This document shows positions 57,474-64,000 of a DNA stretch of 64,000 bases, piece by piece (the first letter of the stretch is position 1; each line of letters starts with the position of its first letter). This DNA comes from Phycisphaera mikurensis (GTDB lineage Bacteria > Planctomycetota > Phycisphaerae > WQYP01): assembly GCA_022730455.1 (NCBI GenBank), contig DZDI01000001.1, positions 4,829 through 68,828 of the forward strand, in the 5' to 3' direction. The position numbers and the translations under genes are program-made. Below the pieces are notes generated by a model. The model made no database searches and had not been told where the DNA came from. It saw nothing but the letters and a program-made list of their open reading frames with translations.

Positions 57474-57971
57474 TTATCTCGTTTTTTTAAGCACACGCAT
57501 CACCGTCTGCGGCGAACACCGCTCGACAATCTTCAAGGCCACGGCCCGATCGGCCAGTAATTCCAACGTCCAGCGCGCCCGGCCCTCTGGCTTGGGACCA
57601 CAAGCTAACGCGATGAGCTTGGCCTCCTTCTCGCCATCGAATATTTTCTCGATACTTGGACGCTTCTGCTTTTTGCGGTCCAAGGCCGCATCCAAGCCTT
57701 CCTCCACCAATCGCTGACGCAACAATTCAATGCTACGCACGCTCAGGTGGAAAGCTTGCGCCGCCGCCTCATCTTTCATCTTCGGACCCGCTGCTGATTC
57801 ATCCACCGCCAGCAGAATATTGGCGTGCCTGATACGATAAGCTGTGGATTTGCCGACCCGGACGAGTTGCTCCAACCGCACCCGTTCCGCAGCGTCCAGC
57901 CGCACGATATACTTCTTCATGTCGATCCTCCTTGATCGTGGGCGAAAGGCCCCACAGAGATATCGGCACAA
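57474..57971 (-). CDS. IS630-family transposase OrfA (helix-turn-helix DNA-binding part)
   Basis: 165 aa, basic HTH-rich; ends ...RVLKKTR* within slippery CTT AAA AAA ACG. Confidence 0.7.
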   Translation of the reverse strand: MCRYLCGAFRPRSRRIDMKKYIVRLDAAERVRLEQLVRVGKSTAYRIRHANILLAVDESAAGPKMKDEAAAQAFHLSVRSIELLRQRLVEEGLDAALDRKKQKRPSIEKIFDGEKEAKLIALACGPKPEGRARWTLELLADRAVALKIVERCSPQTVMRVLKKTR

Positions 57972-58201
57972 TCATCCGATTACCCGTAATTGTGTTAGGA
58001 ACGTACCACTAGGCGCGTGTGGATGGACTTTACCTCAGCGCGTCGGCCAGCGGTGCGTCACCTTTCAATTCGGTGCCTACGCAGGCACGCGGCAAGACTT
58101 TTGATAATCGCTTTTTATGTAAAAAGTCCGCCGATGCGTATGGGTTGCGTCGGCGGACTTTGGAGGGTTACGGTGACAAGTCTGTACCTGTGAAACGGCC
58201 G

Positions 58202-60313
58202 TTATTTCAAACTGGCCAGTACGGTTTCCTTCACATTGTTCGGTACCTGGGCGTAGCTGTGTGGCTCCATGGTGTAGCTTGCTCGGCCTTGGGTAAGTGA
58301 CCGTAGATCAGTGGCATATCCAAACATGCTTGCAAGTGGTACGGTCGCATCAATCACCTGAGCGATGCCGCGATTTTCCGTATTCTCAATCATGGCTCGA
58401 CGGCTGCTCAAATCGCCCTGCACCGGGCCTGCAAATTCAATCGGCGTCGTTACCTGCAATTTCATGATCGGTTCCAGTAAAACCGGCCCAGCTTTTTTAG
58501 ACGCCGATTGCATGGCCAGAATACCCGCCTGCTCAAAGGCAATCTGCGAGGAGTCCACATCATGGTAGCTTCCGTCAAACAGCGATACCTTCATGTTCAG
58601 CATCGGGAAACCACCCAATACGCCTGATTTGGCCGCCTGTCGAACGCCATGCTCCACCGATGGGATATATTCTCGCGGAATCGTCCCGCCCTTGATTTCA
58701 TTGACAAACAAAAGCGTATCTTCTGAATCGTCACCATCCACGGGCGTGTACGGTTCAAGTTTAATCCAGCAGTCACCATACTGGCCGCGTCCACCCGATT
58801 GCTTGACGTGTTTACCCTGTGCCTCGGCAAGCTTGGTAATGGTCTCTTTGTATGCCACTTTGGGCTTACCGACCATCACATCCACCTTCATATCGCGTTT
58901 GAGTTTGTTGGCAATAATTTCCAGATGCAATTCACCCATGCCATGGATAATCGTTTGCCCTGTTTCAGGGTCAAAATTACTCCGGAATGTCGGGTCTTCG
59001 CGCCGCAGCACAGTGAGCGCTTCACCCAGCTTGTTTTTATCATTGGCGCTCTTCGGCTCGATCGACATGCTGATGACCGGCTCAGGAAATTCCATTTTTT
59101 CCAAGATGACGGGATGATCCGGATCGCACACGGTATCGCCTGTAAGCCCGTATTTGAAACCAACAATGCCCACGATATCGCCTGCTTCAGCGAAATCGCG
59201 CTGGTGTCTTTCGGCGGCGTGCATTTCCCAGATACGTGATGCAATCTCACGTTTATCGCGTGTAGAATTAATAATTCGGGCACCCGATTCCAGCTTGCCC
59301 GAGTAAATTCGCAGATAGCTCAAATCTCCATGTTGATCGCTGACAATCTTGAACACAATTCCGCAGAATGGTTCGTTGTTGTCCGCAAGGCGAATTATTT
59401 CCTTGTTTTTGTCGCGCGGATCATGACCCACGATGGGCGGCTTATCCAGTGGGCTGGGCAGATAATATACCACTGCATTTAACAGCAGTTGTACGCCCTT
59501 ATATTTCAACGCCGATCCGCACAACACTGGATTGATTGCGATGGCGCACGTCCCCTTACGCAGTGCCGCCTTGATTTCATCATTGGTAATGGGTTGTTCT
59601 GATAAATATTTTTCCATCAAAGCGTCATCACATTCGGCCGCTTTTTCAATCATGTATGCCCGCGCCTGATCTGCCTTGGCGGTGTGATCGGCAGGAATCG
59701 GTATTTCGCCCCAGGTGCGGCCTTTGGTGTCTTCTTCCCAACTGTACGCTTTCATTTCCAGCAGATCGATGACACCGGCAAAACTTTCTGACGCACCTAT
59801 CGGTATCTGGATAGGCACGGGGTGCGCTCCAAGGCGATCTTTAATCGTCCGCACACAGAATTCAAAGTCCGCTCCCACCTTATCCATCTTATTGATAAAG
59901 CAAAGCCGGGGAACCTTGTATTTAGTTGCTTGCCGCCATACCGTTTCGGACTGGGCCTCCACACCCTCACGCCCGTCAAACACCGCCACCGCACCATCCA
60001 ATACGCGCAGCGAGCGTTCCACCTCAACGGTGAAATCCACGTGGCCGGGGGTGTCGATCAGGTTGATGATGTATTCTTCGCCATCTGGTTTACCAAACAG
60101 GCGCCAGGGGCAGGTAGTCGCAGCCGCGGTGATGGTGATGCCACGCTGCTGCTCTTCTTCCAAGTGGTCCATCACGGCTGTGCCTTCATGCACTTCACCA
60201 ATTTTGTGCGTCTTACCCGTGTAAAACAAAATGCGTTCCGAAACAGTTGTCTTGCCTGCGTCGATGTGGGCTGCGATGCCAATGTTCCGAAACCGCACTA
60301 GATCTCTAGACAT
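58202..60313 (-). CDS. fusA: Elongation factor G paralog (not in an str operon context)
   Basis: G1 [10 protein letters not shown]3 DTPGHVDF, G4 NKMD, domains II-V; 703 aa; no rpsL/rpsG upstream and no tuf downstream. Confidence 0.85.
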   Translation of the reverse strand: MSRDLVRFRNIGIAAHIDAGKTTVSERILFYTGKTHKIGEVHEGTAVMDHLEEEQQRGITITAAATTCPWRLFGKPDGEEYIINLIDTPGHVDFTVEVERSLRVLDGAVAVFDGREGVEAQSETVWRQATKYKVPRLCFINKMDKVGADFEFCVRTIKDRLGAHPVPIQIPIGASESFAGVIDLLEMKAYSWEEDTKGRTWGEIPIPADHTAKADQARAYMIEKAAECDDALMEKYLSEQPITNDEIKAALRKGTCAIAINPVLCGSALKYKGVQLLLNAVVYYLPSPLDKPPIVGHDPRDKNKEIIRLADNNEPFCGIVFKIVSDQHGDLSYLRIYSGKLESGARIINSTRDKREIASRIWEMHAAERHQRDFAEAGDIVGIVGFKYGLTGDTVCDPDHPVILEKMEFPEPVISMSIEPKSANDKNKLGEALTVLRREDPTFRSNFDPETGQTIIHGMGELHLEIIANKLKRDMKVDVMVGKPKVAYKETITKLAEAQGKHVKQSGGRGQYGDCWIKLEPYTPVDGDDSEDTLLFVNEIKGGTIPREYIPSVEHGVRQAAKSGVLGGFPMLNMKVSLFDGSYHDVDSSQIAFEQAGILAMQSASKKAGPVLLEPIMKLQVTTPIEFAGPVQGDLSSRRAMIENTENRGIAQVIDATVPLASMFGYATDLRSLTQGRASYTMEPHSYAQVPNNVKETVLASLK

Positions 60314-60777
60314 AAACTAAACCCTTTATATAACCTTATCCTGATCCGACTAGATGCCTTCAAAAGCATCCATTTCAATTCCGCATCTCAGCGGTAATTC
60401 ACTCCATCAACCAATAATCTGCGTGAGTGCTGGTTGGGTCTGTTTAACACCTGAACGCACCACAAGCTTACGTCGGTGACTGCCACGCGCCGGGCCGTCA
60501 CAGGCCGCCATGCGGTACTTTCTCACATCTACGAGCATTTTCACGTTGTCCCTGCTACACATTCGGCGTTTACGCCCGAGGTCACCGTTTGCCAGCCCGT
60601 TCCCAGCCGCATAAGTATAGCGGCTTTCAGGCTGTGTTGGCAATCGCACATCGGGCTCGGTGTTCAAGGTTCTCGGGCGCCGCGGCTTTTACGCGCATGC
60701 CACCAACCGGCCGCCGACCTATAAAACGCGATGCGCAAACAATCCTTGGGCCTCTGATGCAATAATGAAATTCCGGC

Positions 60778-60805
60778 TTGACTTTCACATTTGCTGACCT
60801 ATACT
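60778..60805 (+). promoter_or_regulatory. Strong sigma-70-like promoter TTGACT-16 nt-TATACT heading a ~260-nt leader before the PEP-CTERM gene
   Basis: TTGACT 60778-60783, TATACT 60800-60805; located in a 750-bp non-coding interval. Confidence 0.4.
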
Positions 60806-61088
60806 GAGCCGTAGAGAGCAGGATTGTGAAGCTTAGAGGGGTGTTCCCACCAAGCAAATACAGTCCACGAAGTTGTTTTTTATTATTTACCTGCGGTTCA
60901 GGTGATGGTGGATTGTCGGGCACCTGTTTGGTGTGCGACCCCGCCGGGCGGTGTTGAGCGCTGCATCCGCTTGGACAGACTCCCAGGAATTCAGCAGCCG
61001 AGTCTGTCAATATCGCGTTTCTGTTCACCCGCACCAGGCCGCCGCGTAAATTTGAAAACATTCATGCATGATGAATGGATCAAGAATC

Positions 61089-62159
61089 ATGTCGATGCAG
61101 ATGTTCAAGTCAAAAGTGTTTCGCCACCGCGCGGTTGCCGCTGCCTGCACAGCCGCCATGTTCGTTGCTGCCGGCGCTGCCACCGCTAATATTGTGCCTT
61201 CTCCTTTTAGCTTCAATTTGGTAGCTCTTGGCAATGTGGGCACGAGCGCAAGCCCAAAAACGGCCGACGTTCAAGGTACGGCTGCCATCGTCGGCAACCT
61301 CTATGGCAGCGGGTGGAGTGCAGGCGATAGCGGAACCCCAGACGGCTATTCGCTTTACGTTGGTGGATCGGCTAATTTCGCGGGCGGGTCCATTGGCACC
61401 GGTGGCATGCAGGTTGGTGGCGACCTTACTTTAAACAATTTTGGAACCAGCAGTGCCATCGTGTCTGGTGGCAGCCTTTATGGAACCAATAGCGGCACCC
61501 TTTCCGGCCAAGTGACCTTGGCCGGAACCAACCAGTCGCAACTGACTATAACAAAAGGTCACTTGAACCAAAATACGACATTCAATCCCGCGTTCAATCC
61601 AACATCTCTAGTGTCGTATTTTAACACACTTTCATCTCAATATGCCCACCTATCACCAACGGTGGTGCCGTCCAATGTGGTGAATCAATACAGTACGCTG
61701 ACAATTACTGCATCTTCGCCGGGGGTGCAGGTGGTAAGCTTGGAAAGTGGCGTATTTGGCGCTCAGACATCCGTAGATGTGAAGTTTTCGGGCGGTAGCA
61801 GTAAGACCAACTATCTTATCATTAACGTGCCGGACTCGTCCCTGAACCTCAATTATCTGACTTTCAATTTCAGCGGCATCTCCGCGTCGAACGTGCTCGT
61901 CAATGCATACGATCTTAATACGCTTAAGCTCTCGGATGGCGGAAATTACAACTTGCTCGCTCCACTGGCGAACACGGATTACACTCAGGGTGCCTTCAAT
62001 GGCAATCTGATTGTCGATAACCTCACGGGTGTGGGGGAGTCTGACCACGGCGATTTTTTCAATGCCCCGCCGATGGCGGTGCCGACCCCGGAACCCGGCG
62101 CAATTGGCTTGCTGGCCATTGGTGCGGTTGGTTTACTGATGCTGCGTAAACGGGCATAG
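61089..62159 (+). CDS. Secreted PEP-CTERM protein with Gly/Thr/Ser-rich beta-helix-like repeats
   Basis: Signal peptide (MSMQMFKSKVFRHRAVAAACTAAMFVAAGAATA), repetitive G/S/T-rich middle, C-terminal PTPEPGAIGLLAIGAVGLLMLRKRA; listed ORF from 61068. Confidence 0.7.
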   Translation: MSMQMFKSKVFRHRAVAAACTAAMFVAAGAATANIVPSPFSFNLVALGNVGTSASPKTADVQGTAAIVGNLYGSGWSAGDSGTPDGYSLYVGGSANFAGGSIGTGGMQVGGDLTLNNFGTSSAIVSGGSLYGTNSGTLSGQVTLAGTNQSQLTITKGHLNQNTTFNPAFNPTSLVSYFNTLSSQYAHLSPTVVPSNVVNQYSTLTITASSPGVQVVSLESGVFGAQTSVDVKFSGGSSKTNYLIINVPDSSLNLNYLTFNFSGISASNVLVNAYDLNTLKLSDGGNYNLLAPLANTDYTQGAFNGNLIVDNLTGVGESDHGDFFNAPPMAVPTPEPGAIGLLAIGAVGLLMLRKRA

Positions 62160-62426
62160 GGGGCACCCGGCTTCCAATTCTGGGGCCGATTTTCTACCAT
62201 GAACACGATTCATTTGCGAGCCGGTGGGTTTATCCCGCCGGTTCGCATTTGTAGCCCATAAATGCCATGGTCCCGCTCGCCCGGCCGGTCGACGACAGCC
62301 CATCGGTTCTATGCTGACCGGTCCGCGCAGGGGCCTGTCCTTGCCAGCATCTGCGATACGCTGTTATAAACATGACGTATGCGATTTTATTGGGCGGACA
62401 CGCAGTTGAAAAATAGCAGCTTACTC

Positions 62427-64000
62427 ATGTGGTTGGCAGTTGGCATTTTATCGTTGGTGGCTGCGGCGGCCAGTGAACGGGCGGCCGGTGCCGCAGCTTC
62501 GCTGCCGGTGGTGAACAACGCTGGCGAACTGTGCTTTAATCATCTTTCCGGATCCGCCATTGACCGGGAAGCCAAATCGCTGCTTTCAAAAATGACGCTG
62601 CGCGAAAAAATTAAAATGATGTCCTTCAAAGGCAGGCTGGATGTGCCCGGTATCAAGCGGCTGCACATCCCGTCGTTGGTTATGTCCGACGCGTCCGTAG
62701 GCGTACGCCGCTTCGGCACATCCATCGCCTATCCGGCATCCATTGCGCTGGCGGCAACATGGAATCGGCAACTTGCCTATCAGCAGGGGGTTGCCTTAGG
62801 TAAAGATTGCCGAGCCAGAGGAATTTACGTCATCTTTGGCCCGGGGGTCAATGTGCTTCGCGAGCCGCAGGATGGCCGCAATTTTGAATTTCTCGGCGAA
62901 GACCCGTACCTGACGTCATCCATCGCCGACCGGGACATTGAAGGCATTCAATCCCAGCGTGTTGCTGCGTGTGTAAAACATTTTGCGGGTAATGAACAGG
63001 AAACGCACCGTAAGCGGCTCAACTGCATCATCAGCAAGCGCGCTTTGGAGGAAATCTATCTACCGCCGTTCCGTTCGGCGGTTATACATGCTCATGTATG
63101 GACGATTATGGCAGCCTTCAATAAGGTCAATGGTGTCTTTTGTACGGCCAATCGGTGGCTGTTAACCACGATGCTCCGCAAGCACTGGCATTTCAAGGGC
63201 GTTGCCATGTCGGACTGGGATGCGACGCATTCCACTCTGGGTGCGCTTCTGGCCGGGCTGGATCTGGAAATGCACAGTCCTATTTATTACAACCCGCACA
63301 AAATTATTCCACTTTTAAAAGATGGCAAGATATCCATGGCGCAGTTAAATCGCCATACTTTGAGAATTTTGCGGATGATGATCGCGATGGATATGATCCG
63401 CCAGCCGCAGCTTGATAAATCTATTCCGCGCCTAGGCTTAAAACGTCTGGCTCTGGCGGAAAAAATTGAAGCACAGGGAGCGGTGCTGCTTAAAAATACC
63501 CACCACATCCTGCCGCTTAACCCTGCAGCACTGAAAACGGTTGTCGTGGTCGGCCCAATGGCTACACCGGCCGTGACCGGCGGGGGCGGCAGTTCGTATG
63601 TTCGACCGATTCAGAAACCGGTCAGCATGCTTGCCGCCGTCAAGCATGTTTTTGGCGGACACGCCCGTGTGATTGACATTCCATACCTCGGGCAGTCCTC
63701 GCATTGGTATAAGCAAAACCATTTTACATCACATGGCCGGCCTGGATTTACTGAAACGCTTAATTTGCTTACCTCATCCCACACGTCAAAGGTAGAGTCA
63801 TTCTGGCGGCATTACGCAGATCCACAGCCCATTGCCGAGGTGCAATGGACCGCAAATTTCACTCCACCTCAAACCGGCTGGTATCTGCTGAAATTTTTTT
63901 CCAATACAGATGGGCGCATACGGATTAATGGTAAATTAGTGGTTGACCAATGGCGTCCGGTTCCGCTGGTGCCGTATCTCAACGGCCTGTATTTCAAGGC
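62427..64000 (+). CDS. Glycoside hydrolase family 3 (beta-glucosidase-like) with PA14-like insert, 5' part (runs off window end; not in ORF track because no stop)
   Basis: Hand-translated open frame from ATG 62427 without stops to 64000: signal peptide MWLAVGILSLVAAAASERAAG, GH3 blocks KHFAGNEQE, catalytic-nucleophile region GVAMSDWDA, later WTANFTPPQTGWYLLKFFSNTDGRIRINGKLVVDQW (PA14-like). Confidence 0.75.
   Translation, partial: MWLAVGILSLVAAAASERAAGAAASLPVVNNAGELCFNHLSGSAIDREAKSLLSKMTLREKIKMMSFKGRLDVPGIKRLHIPSLVMSDASVGVRRFGTSIAYPASIALAATWNRQLAYQQGVALGKDCRARGIYVIFGPGVNVLREPQDGRNFEFLGEDPYLTSSIADRDIEGIQSQRVAACVKHFAGNEQETHRKRLNCIISKRALEEIYLPPFRSAVIHAHVWTIMAAFNKVNGVFCTANRWLLTTMLRKHWHFKGVAMSDWDATHSTLGALLAGLDLEMHSPIYYNPHKIIPLLKDGKISMAQLNRHTLRILRMMIAMDMIRQPQLDKSIPRLGLKRLALAEKIEAQGAVLLKNTHHILPLNPAALKTVVVVGPMATPAVTGGGGSSYVRPIQKPVSMLAAVKHVFGGHARVIDIPYLGQSSHWYKQNHFTSHGRPGFTETLNLLTSSHTSKVESFWRHYADPQPIAEVQWTANFTPPQTGWYLLKFFSNTDGRIRINGKLVVDQWRPVPLVPYLNGLYFK

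Larger units (their letters stand above)
56782..57997 (-). mobile_element. IS630-family insertion sequence (about 1.2 kb) with orfA/orfB and imperfect terminal inverted repeats; boundaries approximate
   Basis: orfA 57474..57971 (HTH) and orfB 56782..57456 (DDE_3 transposase core); IR-L AATTACCGGGTATAATCGG at 56794-56812 vs IR-R CCGATTACCCGTAATT at 57976-57991 (reverse complement AATTACGGGTAATCGG); exact TA target duplication not resolved. Confidence 0.7.

Noticed and set aside
60407-61061. Small ORFs (86, 82, 144 aa) in the 750-bp interval upstream of the PEP-CTERM gene
   Set aside because: Mutually overlapping on both strands, no RBS/motifs; region better explained as promoter/leader (see finding)
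1-64000. tRNA, rRNA and CRISPR scan
   Set aside because: No T-arm GGTTCGAATCC-type sequences with matching acceptor stems, no rRNA-like conserved blocks and no regularly spaced direct repeats were seen by eye; cannot exclude without tRNAscan/Infernal

Overview
This is a 64 kb chromosomal segment that is mostly housekeeping and carbohydrate-active genes, about 55-58% GC and densely coding on both strands. Its gene content points to a Planctomycetota/PVC-type genome: a DUF1559 prepilin-like protein, PEP-CTERM proteins, many secreted glycoside hydrolases and an orphan sigma-54 activator. From the left edge the gene order is as follows.

- Positions 1-15,700: hemA 3' end (partial), a secreted GH2 hydrolase, a LolA-like/HAD pair, a zinc-ribbon/bactofilin protein and two unknown secreted proteins. 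These are followed by a putative glycan locus: a 947-aa unknown secreted protein, a GH92 mannosidase, two LamG lectin paralogs (one PEP-CTERM) flanking a DUF1559 pilin-like gene. A divergent LacI regulator sits across an AT-rich palindromic operator island.
- Positions 16,900-41,500: lpxL-like acyltransferase, an imuA-imuB-dnaE2 mutagenesis cassette, a FAH-family hydrolase, a TlpA-like thioredoxin, a UDP-sugar pyrophosphorylase, thrS, an LPG-synthase-like membrane protein, two coupled membrane proteins, a TIM-barrel isomerase-like protein, birA, cysK, two unknowns, an orphan NtrC-type sigma-54 activator, ispF, ruvC, a membrane protein, and prfB with its programmed +1 frameshift.
- Positions 41,700-50,800: a Tat-secreted GH116, a PPK2, cdaA-cdaR fused to xseA-xseB, and a membrane coiled-coil protein.
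- Positions 50,800-54,800: a metal operon on the minus strand. It has an Hg/Pb-type three-cysteine MerR with a mer-like long-spacer promoter, a thioredoxin-like::MerC-like fusion, a small ORF and a Cu(I) P1B-ATPase with TRASH and YTCPM heads.
- Positions 54,800-64,000: YdjC deacetylase, a 3D-domain protein, an IS630-family insertion sequence (orfA/orfB joined at an A7 slippery site), an orphan EF-G paralog, a 750-bp noncoding region with a strong promoter, a PEP-CTERM beta-helix-like protein and the 5' part of a GH3 gene that runs off the window.

No rRNA, tRNA or CRISPR array was recognised. I found no clear-cut novel multi-gene system. The best candidates for further work are the MerR/Trx-MerC/CopA operon, the glycosidase/lectin/DUF1559 locus with its LacI operator, the imuABC promoter direct repeat, the cdaA-cdaR-xseAB fusion, and the 947-aa orphan protein.
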